39,891 nt of DNA from Acidobacteriota bacterium (lineage in GTDB: Bacteria; Acidobacteriota; UBA6911; JACQSX01): assembly GCA_036507075.1 (NCBI GenBank), contig DASXQR010000024.1, positions 1 to 39,891 of the forward strand, in the 5' to 3' direction. Below are positions 19,855-29,400 of the stretch, in pieces (the first letter of the stretch is position 1; every line of letters begins with the position of its first letter). The notes under the pieces are model-generated. The model did no database searches and had not been told where the DNA came from. It worked only from the letters and a program-made list of their open reading frames with translations. The translations under genes and the position numbers were made by a program.

Positions 19855-20036
19855 CTCGAATGCGGAATGGGGAATGCGGAATGCGGAATTGTGAATGCGG
19901 AATGCGGAATGGGGAATGGGGAATGGGGAATGCGGAATGTGGAATGCGGAATGTGAAATGCGGAATGTGAAATGCGGAATATCGCCCGCTCAATCAATCG
20001 CTATTCCGCATTCCGCATTCCGAAATCCGCATTCGA
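19855..20036 (+). repeat. Heptamer inverted tandem array, copy 3 (expanded)
   Basis: 17 GAATGCG-like units (19858-19976), a 22-bp spacer, then 4 reverse units; terminal ctcgaatgcgga/tccgcattcgag. Preceded by 8-mer GGGATGGA/GGGACTGA repeats at 19820-19853. Confidence 0.95.
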
Positions 20037-20068
20037 GTGAGGCCTGATATATTAGGCTGAAACCAGGA

Positions 20069-22180
20069 GTGCTTGTGAAAAAACCGATACACCCGGCCCG
20101 CTTCAAGAAAATATGTTATGTGTTTTTGTTTGTATGCTTCGTCTTGTTCATTCTCCGGCAGACCAATGCGGCCGATTTGTTCCGTGATGACTTCTCGCGT
20201 TTTCCTCCAGGATGGCTTACTACCCCCGTGGGTCAACTCAACGGCGCCATTGAGGAGTATCACTTTCTGCCCGAGCGAAATACGCCCTTCAAACCATGGG
20301 CCAATGCCATTACCCACCTGGACGCATGGGTCGCGGGCGACGAAGCGGGAGTGCCGTACCTGGAACAGCACCAGATCAACACTCTTTCCAATATCATGAA
20401 CCCGCTGCTTGTCATCGGTGAACCGGAATGGAGAGATTACACCGTCGAAGTCAAAGTCAAACCGCTCTCGGTGGCCGACATGGCGGGAGTGGCTTTTCGC
20501 TACCACACCAACCGTCATTTCTATTTGTTTGCTCTGACCGGAGGAAACCAGGTGCGCCTGGCACTGCGGCTCCCCTTGGAACAAACATTCCGTGTGGCGC
20601 AATGGCGCGATCTGGGAAGCGCGGCCTTCACCTATGATGTGCAGCGTTATTACTCGCTGAAAGTTGAGAATCAAGGAAGCCGCATCCGGGCCTACGTCGA
20701 CGGAAAGCTGCTGCTGGAAGCGGACGACCCTGACAGCGTCGCCGGCAGGGCCGGCATCACCGCCAATATTCCGGCCCGGTTTCAGGATTTTCGCGTAACC
20801 GTCCCGGAAAAAACCAGGGAGCAAATCGATCAGCGGATCCGACGCCGAGAGGCGGAACTCGAGGAAATCCGCGCGCTCCAGCCCAAACCGAAGCTGTGGA
20901 AGAAATTCGACACTCCCGGTTATGGAGCAGGCAGAAACGTCCGCTTTGGAGACCTGGACGGAGACGGCATGCTCGACATGTTGATTGCGCAGAACATCCC
21001 GCGGGTGCGCGGCGATGCCTTCGATCATATCAGTTGCCTGACCGCAGTGATGCTGGATGGAAAGATCCTGTGGCAGGTTGGAAGGCCCGATCCCCGAAAC
21101 GGTTTGCTGACCAATGACACCCCCTTTCAGATTCATGACATCGATGGTGATGGCCAAAGCGAAGTCATCCTGGTGAAGGATTTTCAACTTCAGATTCTGG
21201 AAGGAAAGACGGGCAAGCTAAAGCGGTCGGTCTTCATGCCGCCTGTTCCGGATGCGGCCAAAGACACACCCTATGCGCTTAATAACGGCGACTCGCTTCT
21301 GTTTGTCAACTTCAGCGGCCAACCCGATCGCCGGGAAGTGGTGGTCAAGGACCGTTATCGCAACTTCTGGGTCTTCAATAATGAGCTCAAGCTTCTCTGG
21401 CGCGGCGAAGGGCAGGTGGGCCATTTCGCTTATCCGTTCGATGTCGACAAGGACGGGCGTGACGAGCTTCTGATCGGCTATTCACTTTGGGATCATGCCG
21501 GCAAACGACTCTGGTCGCACGATGCCGGATTGGGAGACCACGCCGACGCGATCGCATTCGGGAATTTCAGCGGCGACGAGAAAGCCGAGCCGTGGGTTTA
21601 CGCCCTGGGAAGCGACGAAGGCTTCATGATGATGGATGCGCGCGGCAAAATAATGCAGCATCTGCGCGTCGGTCACACGCAGGTGATGGCCATTGCAAAA
21701 TTCCGGCCCGACACGCCCGGTCTCCAGATGATGGTAGTGAACTTCTGGCGCAGTCCCGGCATTGTGACGCTGTTCGATTTTGATGGCCGCATCCTGGCGC
21801 AGGAAGAGCCGATTCACACCGGAAGCCCGCTGCTGCCGGTCAACTGGCGCGGCGACGGCCAGGAGTTCGCGCTGCTTTCGGGAAATATTCGCGAGGGCGG
21901 ATTGATCGATGGTCAGCTCCGTCGCGCGGTGCTTTTTCCGGATGACGGGCATCCGGATCTGGCGGCCTATGTCACCAATGTGACCGGCGACGCGCGCGAC
22001 GAGATCATTCTCTGGGATCAAAAGCGGGTCTGGATCTATACCCAGGACCGTCCTTTCGCGGGCCCGCGCATTTATGACCCGGTCCGAAATCCGCACTACA
22101 ACGAGTCGAACTACCGGGCAAAGGTCTCCGTTCCGGCATGGTCCGAAACAACAAATCAGCGAAAGAAGCTCGCAAAGTAA
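20069..22180 (+). CDS. Secreted protein: ConA-like/DUF1080-like domain plus a PL11 (YesW/YesX)-like rhamnogalacturonan lyase beta-propeller
   Basis: GEPEWRDYTVEVKV...AGVAFRY...IRAYVDG, then GDLDGDG, QIHDIDGDG, GHFAYPFDVDKDGRDE, DHAD, GHTQ and GDARDEII. Confidence 0.7.
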   Translation: MLVKKPIHPARFKKICYVFLFVCFVLFILRQTNAADLFRDDFSRFPPGWLTTPVGQLNGAIEEYHFLPERNTPFKPWANAITHLDAWVAGDEAGVPYLEQHQINTLSNIMNPLLVIGEPEWRDYTVEVKVKPLSVADMAGVAFRYHTNRHFYLFALTGGNQVRLALRLPLEQTFRVAQWRDLGSAAFTYDVQRYYSLKVENQGSRIRAYVDGKLLLEADDPDSVAGRAGITANIPARFQDFRVTVPEKTREQIDQRIRRREAELEEIRALQPKPKLWKKFDTPGYGAGRNVRFGDLDGDGMLDMLIAQNIPRVRGDAFDHISCLTAVMLDGKILWQVGRPDPRNGLLTNDTPFQIHDIDGDGQSEVILVKDFQLQILEGKTGKLKRSVFMPPVPDAAKDTPYALNNGDSLLFVNFSGQPDRREVVVKDRYRNFWVFNNELKLLWRGEGQVGHFAYPFDVDKDGRDELLIGYSLWDHAGKRLWSHDAGLGDHADAIAFGNFSGDEKAEPWVYALGSDEGFMMMDARGKIMQHLRVGHTQVMAIAKFRPDTPGLQMMVVNFWRSPGIVTLFDFDGRILAQEEPIHTGSPLLPVNWRGDGQEFALLSGNIREGGLIDGQLRRAVLFPDDGHPDLAAYVTNVTGDARDEIILWDQKRVWIYTQDRPFAGPRIYDPVRNPHYNESNYRAKVSVPAWSETTNQRKKLAK

Positions 22181-22228
22181 TTTGACTTACTTCGCGGTTT
22201 CGCGGTTCAGCTTTCGTTCCGGATAACT

Positions 22229-23779
22229 ATGATGTTCCAGGTTGGAAAGTTGAAAGCTCGTTCACCCAAGCGGGCGGCCATCATTGATCTGGGTTCCAAT
22301 ACAGCCCGCGTGATTTTAATCAATTTCCGGCCGGCCTATACTTACCATCTCGAGGATGAAATTCGCGAGGTCGTTCGTTTGCGTGAGGCCATGACCAGAA
22401 ACGGATTGGCCCAGGATGCGATGGCCCGTGGTTTGTCGACACTGCGGCTTTTCAAACAGTACTGCGATGCCATGGCGGCGGACATAATTATTCCGACGAC
22501 AACCAGCGCGGTTCGCGAAGCGGCCAATGGCAGGAAGTTTGTGCGCCGGGTGCGCAAGGAAACCGGACTGAAACTTCAGGTGCTATCCGGAGAACGCGAA
22601 GCTTATTACGGCACCCTGGGCGTTCTAAATTGCACTCCTCTGCAGGACGGTGTCGTAGTGGACATCGGGGGCGGCAGTGTCCAGGTCAGTCAGGTCAACA
22701 GCCGCCGCTTTGAACGCGGTGAGGCTCTAACGCTTGGCGCGCTGGCCCTGACGGAACGTTTTGTGCGGAGCGATCCTCCAAAGCGCAGAGAGATTCGAGA
22801 GATTAAGCGGGAAATCGAGCGCCAAATTGGCTCTCTCCGCTGGCTTAGCCATCTCTCCGGCCCTCTGGTCGGTTTGGGCGGCACGATCCGAAATCTGGCC
22901 AGAATAGAAGCCAGCCGCCAGGCTTTCCCGCTCAATCGCATCAATGGGTTTGTTTTGACGCGATCCTCAGTCAAGAAGACCACAGGTTTGCTTGAGGAGT
23001 TCCCCGTCCGGGAACGAAAAGAGATTCCAGGCCTGAGTAAAGACCGTGCCGATATCATCCTGGCTGGAGCCCTGGTAGTCGAGAGCGTTATGGAAAGCCT
23101 TGATGTGAAAGAGCTGACCGTTTCCCAGTACGGTCTCAGAGAGGGCTTGTTCTTTGAACACTTCTGGAAGCGGCTGCGCTATCCGGTGGCTTCTGATCCA
23201 GGCGAGTTCAGCGTCCTGAACATGGCCCGTTTCTATGACTATCAGGAGCGCCACGCCCATCACGTCGGTCGACTGGCACTTCGGTTGTTCGATCAGATGG
23301 CTCCCCTGCACGCGTATGGGGACTGGGAGCGAAGGCTGCTGCACACTGCGGCCCTTTTGCACGACATCGGCACAGTGATCAGTTATAACGATCATCACAA
23401 GCACTCTCAGATGCTCATCGCCGGTAACGGAATTCCCGGATATTCCCCAAGAGAAACGGCCCTGATAGCTCTTCTTGCCCGCTACCACCGGGATGGAAAT
23501 CCCTCGCTTGGAGATTACCGTTCGCTTCTGCCTTCGGAAGATGAGCTTCGTGTAGCCCGGCTGGCCGCGCTGCTAAGGCTTTCCGAATGTCTGGAACGCG
23601 GAAAAAACAGCCGGGTACGTGACGTAGTCGTCAAGTGGAATGAAGGGCAGCTCGTCCTGACGCTGGTTGCGGAAACCACGCCTGTGGTTGAGATCTGGGA
23701 TGCCGAGCGCCTGGCGGTCGACTTAATGGAAAAAACGTACAAGCGCTCGATCGTCTTCAAAACGAGGATCGGAACTTAG
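22229..23779 (+). CDS. ppx: Ppx/GppA exopolyphosphatase with a C-terminal HD domain
   Basis: IIDLGSNT, TSAVREAAN, DIGGGS, GGTIRN, RADIILAG, GLREGL, LHDIG and HHKHS. Confidence 0.93.
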   Translation: MMFQVGKLKARSPKRAAIIDLGSNTARVILINFRPAYTYHLEDEIREVVRLREAMTRNGLAQDAMARGLSTLRLFKQYCDAMAADIIIPTTTSAVREAANGRKFVRRVRKETGLKLQVLSGEREAYYGTLGVLNCTPLQDGVVVDIGGGSVQVSQVNSRRFERGEALTLGALALTERFVRSDPPKRREIREIKREIERQIGSLRWLSHLSGPLVGLGGTIRNLARIEASRQAFPLNRINGFVLTRSSVKKTTGLLEEFPVRERKEIPGLSKDRADIILAGALVVESVMESLDVKELTVSQYGLREGLFFEHFWKRLRYPVASDPGEFSVLNMARFYDYQERHAHHVGRLALRLFDQMAPLHAYGDWERRLLHTAALLHDIGTVISYNDHHKHSQMLIAGNGIPGYSPRETALIALLARYHRDGNPSLGDYRSLLPSEDELRVARLAALLRLSECLERGKNSRVRDVVVKWNEGQLVLTLVAETTPVVEIWDAERLAVDLMEKTYKRSIVFKTRIGT

Positions 23780-23847
23780 AGCACGAATTACACGAATTTC
23801 ACGAATTATTAAAAAAAAGATTCGTGTAATTCGTGTAATTCGTGCTC
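23779..23847. terminator. 9-mer (CACGAATTA)x3 inverted array between convergent genes; probable bidirectional terminator or repeat element
   Basis: 28-bp arms with 1 mismatch around an A-rich loop. Confidence 0.75.
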
Positions 23848-23852
23848 AACTT

Positions 23853-25325
23853 TCAGGGAGTTATTTCCGCCACCGGCAGCGCGGCAGATTCTCCGGGAGT
23901 TACCAGAATGACAGTGGCCGCCAGTTCTGCTGTTCCTGTTGCAGTCAAGCTTCCTGAAAAGTTTGAGAAGCCAACCGGGCTGTCCCAGGCAAATTGGTCT
24001 ACGAACTTTGCAAGGTGCGCCCCGGCGCCCAGAGGCACGCTGGCTCTGGCCACAAGGTTACCCTGCTGGTTGCGCAGTTCCAATTGGACCGTCTGATTCT
24101 GTCCCAGCCCCATGAGCGCAACTCCCGTGTTCCTTTGTGAAGCAACTCTTACCGGAGCCACAAACTTTTTCAGCGGTTTGCTGTCAGCCACACCCGCCAA
24201 TCCAATGGAACCGCCAAAGAGGATAACGCCGGCGAGCTTCACGTCTGAGCTGACCACCACCGAGCCGGCCTGGATGGGCCCCTGTCCTGACGTCCTCAGC
24301 GTGACACCTGCGTTTGCTGCAATCAGTACCTCCTGCCTGCCGGCCACGACGTCACCGTTCAGGTTGACGCTCAGCGGATTGCCGGCGTCATCATTGATCT
24401 CAATTGACGCCGTTGCCGTGCTTCCCACAACCGAGGGCACCAGTGTGATCTCAGAAACGAGCGAAGTGCCCGACTGCGAGCCGTTACCAAAGTGAGGAAA
24501 ATACAACTTGTGATTTTGCGTGCTCGCACTCACCGCGGCCGATGCGCTCCTGGCGGGATCCGCGACGCTGGTTGCCGTAACTGAAAAAGTGCCGCCGGTT
24601 GAAGGGGCCGTATAAAGGCCCGTGCCGGAGATCGCGCCGGCAGTAGCTGTCCAGGTCACCGCGGCGTTGTCGCTGCCCCTGACCGAAGCCGTGAATTGTT
24701 GAGTTGCTCCTGGCTTGAGGTTAACGCGAGAGGGATTGATTGCGACACTCGTCCATGCTCCGTTTTCGGGCGGCCCGACGGTCGGGTCGGCCGTGATCTG
24801 CAGATCGGCGCAGTGATGATAGTAGTATCCGCCACCTACGTTGGGCCCATGCTGGGCCATGAATTCGATGACCTGCAGCGTGCATCTGGCGCAATTGATA
24901 TTCGGCAGTCTGATATCTGTCTGCCATGTCATGGTATCGCTGGCATTGGTGTGGGCGAACAGGCCGTCGGCCAGCACTGGTATCTTCGGGGCGTTCTGAA
25001 ATGCTGCGCTCAGCGAGGTGCCGTTTTCGTCGGCCACAACGTCCGGATCGGGCGGCAGTTCAGCTCGCGAGTTGACCGAGAGAGCAATCCGGTAATGGCC
25101 CGGATGAGGAACGAATTCGACCAGCTTAATCGTGAGAGGATGGCCCCCTTGAACTTTGGTCACGATATTTGACGGGATCCCATCGCCGCATGGCGGTGCG
25201 CCCTTACCTCCGTCCTCGGTCGCCAACGCCGATGGCGGCTGTACGAGAGTAAAGTGGGCGTCTGCAACGCCCGAGAGCAAAACGGTGATACCGCACAAAA
25301 CCAAAGCCCGTATCCGTGTCCGCAT
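23853..25325 (-). CDS. SCE4755-like polysaccharide monooxygenase-like protein with an Ig-like domain and a C-terminal LYFPHFGNG domain
   Basis: Signal peptide ending ADA, then His1; PPCG, HPGHYRIA, CARCTLQVIEFM and YHHCADL; Ig-like SVAINP...QQFTASV...VTW. Confidence 0.8.
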   Translation of the reverse strand: MRTRIRALVLCGITVLLSGVADAHFTLVQPPSALATEDGGKGAPPCGDGIPSNIVTKVQGGHPLTIKLVEFVPHPGHYRIALSVNSRAELPPDPDVVADENGTSLSAAFQNAPKIPVLADGLFAHTNASDTMTWQTDIRLPNINCARCTLQVIEFMAQHGPNVGGGYYYHHCADLQITADPTVGPPENGAWTSVAINPSRVNLKPGATQQFTASVRGSDNAAVTWTATAGAISGTGLYTAPSTGGTFSVTATSVADPARSASAAVSASTQNHKLYFPHFGNGSQSGTSLVSEITLVPSVVGSTATASIEINDDAGNPLSVNLNGDVVAGRQEVLIAANAGVTLRTSGQGPIQAGSVVVSSDVKLAGVILFGGSIGLAGVADSKPLKKFVAPVRVASQRNTGVALMGLGQNQTVQLELRNQQGNLVARASVPLGAGAHLAKFVDQFAWDSPVGFSNFSGSLTATGTAELAATVILVTPGESAALPVAEITP

Positions 25326-25469
25326 GATGAACCTCCGCGGTGATCGTTGAACAGGAGTTTTTTCGCGTCCTGGGCGCATTCCGGAATGTTAGCATTAAGG
25401 CAAGCTACTACCTGATTGCATAAATTCGCGTACCGTCTGACTTTGTGCCATTTGTGCTTTTGTGGTGAA

Positions 25470-25805
25470 AAAATTCTTGCTCGAATTTTAGTGAAGCCGC
25501 CGCTTGCGGTGTTGGAGCCGGGCAGCTTGCAGAACTTTCAGGTGCAGGGGGCCGGCGGTCCGTTCACCTGGAAGGTGAATGGAATTCCCGGGGGAACCCC
25601 ACTCAAGGGAGTGATCACGGATTCGGGAGTGTTCAAGGCGCCGAATCTTGTCCCCCTCCCGCGCGTTGTGACCGTCACGGCGGAGTTGAACAAGCAGATT
25701 GCCGGCGGCTCGGTTGACGTGTTGGAAAGGAATTCGATTATCTCGGGACTGGGGGTGGTGCAGTCGGTTGTGTACCTGACCTCGCTGAACCGGCTGTATG
25801 AAGCG
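25470..25805 (+). pseudogene. Ig-like domain gene fragment
   Basis: VKPPLAVLEPG...FTWKVNGIPGG...GVITDSGVFKAP...VTVTA. No convincing start or signal peptide; preceded by a 9-mer repeat half at 25441-25472. Confidence 0.6.
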
Positions 25806-26248
25806 GGGTTATCGATATTCGGCCTGTGTCGGGACTATCAAAGCTGGAGCGGCTCGATGCCTACCTCATTCGCCCGGCCGATTTTGCTCCGCTGGCCAAT
25901 CTGAAAAACCTCTCAATACTGTACCTTTTTGGCACCGGCATTACCGATCTTCGCGTGTTGGCCGGGCTGACGAAAATGCAACAGTTATTCTTGTTCAACA
26001 ATCCGGGAATCACCGACCTCAGTCCATTATCCGGTATGACGCTCCTGACCGACCTGAGCCTGGCCAACTGTTCCATTTTCGATATTCGGCCGCTGGTTGC
26101 CAATTCGGGTTTGGGGTTGGGAGATGTCATTGACCTGAAAAACAACAGTCTCACAGCGGCCAACTGCTCGGATCTAAAGACGCTGGTTAGCCGCGGCGCG
26201 ACAGTCTTCTTCACCCCGCAAAGGACCGGAGTACTGACCTGTCCTTAG
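25802..26248 (+). pseudogene. C-terminal fragment of an internalin-like leucine-rich repeat protein
   Basis: GVIDIRPVSGLSKLERL, PLANLKNLSILYL, ITDLSPLSGMTLL and a PLVANSGLGLGD cap. In-frame TGA at 25799; out of frame with the Ig fragment. Confidence 0.7.
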
Positions 26249-26282
26249 TCGCAGGCGCCGGCGAGCCGATTCCCACTGAAAG

Positions 26283-26432
26283 AATTGGCCGCTGATCTAC
26301 CCGGAAAACACGGATTAGTATCGGGGTCGAGGGATGGGCTCCATAACTACAGCGTGTCAGTTTCGGCAGCGTCGACGCCCATCCCTCGACCCCGATACCA
26401 TCAGCGTTGTCCGCGTAAATCGGCGGCTAATT
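26283..26432. repeat. Nested inverted repeat: perfect 22-bp IR inside a 9-mer-type imperfect IR
   Basis: gtatcggggtcgagggatgggc (26318-26339) pairs with 26377-26398; outer aattggccgctgatctacccggaaaacacggat pairs imperfectly with atcagcgttgtccgcgtaaatcggcggctaatt. Confidence 0.85.
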
Positions 26433-26469
26433 CCTGCGCTTTGCGTGCAGTTGGGTGCCTTATTTCCTC

Positions 26470-29400
26470 CTACCACTCAATCCGCAGCTTCATCATGATC
26501 CGGCGGTTCGTGTGTTTCTCGGGCGCATAATCTGGAACCACACTGGTAAATTTTCCTGGATCGGCCGCGGTAATATTGGTGCGTGGATTATTGAAATGCG
26601 GCGTGTTGAACAGATTCGATACCGAGGACGTGAAGGTCGTCGAAAATCGTTCCGTCAACCGGAAGCGCTTCACCATGCTCAAATGGTGAACATTCAGCCC
26701 CTGGCCCTCGAGGATATTTACACCGCTGTTTCCAAACCGTCCCCTGGGCGGTGGGGCAAAGGCTAAGGGATCAAACCAACGGTTGTAAGTGCGCTTGTCG
26801 GACCCGAGATTACCGTCTGCGACTCGGTCAGGAAGCCCCCCTACGGTGTTGGTACCGGATGGATCCGCGCCCGAAAAGCTCGGTGAGAAATACTCTCCGG
26901 TCGCCAGATAACTGATGGTCTGCAGTGTCCAGCCGCCAATGATCTGGTCGACTACGGGCGGGGCCTTGGAGAGATAGCGTCGCCCCTGGCCCCAGGGGAG
27001 TTCAATCATTGCGCTGATGACGGCGTTATGACGGCGATCCCCACCGAAGCGAGACCAATGCGCCAGAACATTGTACGGGTTCTCCGTGTTCTGCATGTTG
27101 TTCAGATTGTTTGCCCATGTCCAGTGAGCATTAAACGTGACAGCCCCCATCCTGCGCATAGCCTGAACCTGCAGAGAGTCGTATTTGGCGCTGCCATTGG
27201 AGAATGCCAGAGTGGTGCCGATGAATTGGGGATATGGCCTGCGCGACTGCGCGAAAGCAGTTTCGCTCGGCCTCGGCTTATTGATGTTTACGTTGTAGTT
27301 CAACCCGCGGCTGCGCGACCCGATGTAGGACACTCGCAAGCCGATGTCTCCGAATTCTCTTTCCACGCTCAAGTTGAACTGGTGAATCGCGCCATTGTCC
27401 GTGTCCATCGGATATCCGGTGACACTTTGCGAGGGGATGCCTGCCGACGCCAGGCTGGTGGGGAATGGATTCGGGAATGAGAACAACGGCTGCCCGCCCT
27501 GTATTGCATTGGTGTACGTCTCGCTGATTTGAAACGGACCGCCTCCCTGAATGCGAGCAAAGTAGTCAATTCGTTCCGTGAAAACTCCGTACCCTCCGCG
27601 TATCACCAGCCTGTCGGTGGCGCGATAGGCGACGGCAAAGCGCGGTCGAATGTTGGTCAGCTTGCTCTTGGGCACCACTTCACCGGTCACGATGTTGATT
27701 GTTTTGGGATAAAGGGGGCTGATCTTGGAAAGCGCCTTTTCCGGCACGATAACGTTGCCCGTTTTCGGGTCCCAGTTGAATTGGAGGCCGTCCTGGTACG
27801 TCGGCAAGTCGTAATAATCCCATCTCAGGCCGTAATCGAGGGTCAGTTTCTGGTTCACTTTAAAAGTATCCATTAGGAACAATCCGACTTCACGATTGTT
27901 CCGTGTTCTGTTGGTGAACGGATCGAGCCGCGTGCTGCTTTGCGGGATCCCAAGGAGGAAATCGGCATAGGGATGTCCCGTGATCGTTCCGTTGAAAGTG
28001 AATGTCCCGAACGTTCCTTCCGGAATCACGCCGTCGAAGGCTCTGAACGTTTTCAGTTCGCCGCCCAACTTCCAGACATGACTCCCCGCTGACCACGTCA
28101 GCGAGTCTTCGTAAGCGAAATCACTGTCATCGGCTCTGACGCCGCCCGCGGTGGTCGATAGAGTAGTGAATCCGGTGATATTCATGCGCGGAAAGCCCTG
28201 TGCGCTGAAATTACCTCTGTTGACTCCCTGCACGCCAAGCTGCTTTACCGCTTCGGCGCCGTTTAGAGGGCTCACACCGGAAGTTTCCTGGCCGTCCACG
28301 ATGTAGTCGCTGTTCCACCCGAAACGGAAGGTGTTGACGACCCTGGGGGAAAAGAGGTGAGTATCGGAGACAACGGTCTGGCGGTGGTCGCGCAGCCGGG
28401 TCCAGATGAAATTCGGCAAACCCGAATCAAGGACATAAGGAGTGCGCCGCTGCAGCCACCGGGCGTAAAGCGTATTGTTCGCGCTGATGTTGTGATCGAT
28501 GCGAATAAACGGCCAGTCTCCCTTGAAAAAGTCGTAATGGAAGGGATGAGTAAAACCGAAATTGTTCGTCAGGTCGTTGGGGCCTCCCAGGTTCGGCTCA
28601 GGGATGTATAACTGTTGCGCTTTTAAGGCGACCTCGCTGATCCGGTTGGCCGGAATGATGTTTCCGGGGAAAGGTTGACCGGTGCGCGGATCGTTGATCG
28701 CTCGGCCGATTTGAGAAAAATCCCCCTGGCGCAGTCTTAGGGTGGGCACGTCGGCGCGCTTGAAAAAGCCCAGCGGAATGCGCTGGCCCATCCACGACGC
28801 GTAGAAAAACGTCTTGTCTTTGAAAATCGGACCGCCCGCTTCCGCCTGCCATTCATGCTGGATAAACGGAGTCTTTCGAGGATCGAAAAAGAGCTTCGAA
28901 TTCAGGCCGGAATTGAAATGCTTGTAGTACACCGTGCCGTGGAACGCGTTCTCGCCCCGTTTGGAGGTCATGTTGTAATTGGCCACGCGCGAATGGTCGG
29001 CCGTGTTGTTGACCGTGACAACAGTGACTTCCTCGAAGAAATTCATGTTGTTGGTCTGCTCGCCGGTACGGTCATTTTCAATGCCGTCCATCGCCTGAGA
29101 AAGCTGCGTCCGGGTTTGTCCGGAAACCGTGATTTCCCACCCGGCGCCCTGCACTCCCGGGATCGTGCTCAGCATCGCCAAAGGAGATGGGTAAACATCT
29201 ATCAGGGGGGTATCGGCAAACTGCTTCTTGTCAATGCTGCCGCTGATAGCGCCGCTGTCGGTCGTCATCACGGCGCTGCCGGCCTCGACCACGATCTGCT
29301 GGGTCGACTCGCCGACCTGGAGCTGGACATCCACCCGCCGCATTTGTCCGCTTTCCAGCGCGACGTTATCGGCGATGAATGCTTTGAACCCCGGCAGCTC

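Noticed and set aside
19858..19980. CRISPR array
   Set aside because: Contiguous 7-mers with no unique spacers and no cas genes
19785..19997. ORFs with FRIPHS/MRNAE repeats (also 1632..1958 and 8468..8725)
   Set aside because: They are translations of the heptamer DNA repeat, not independent proteins
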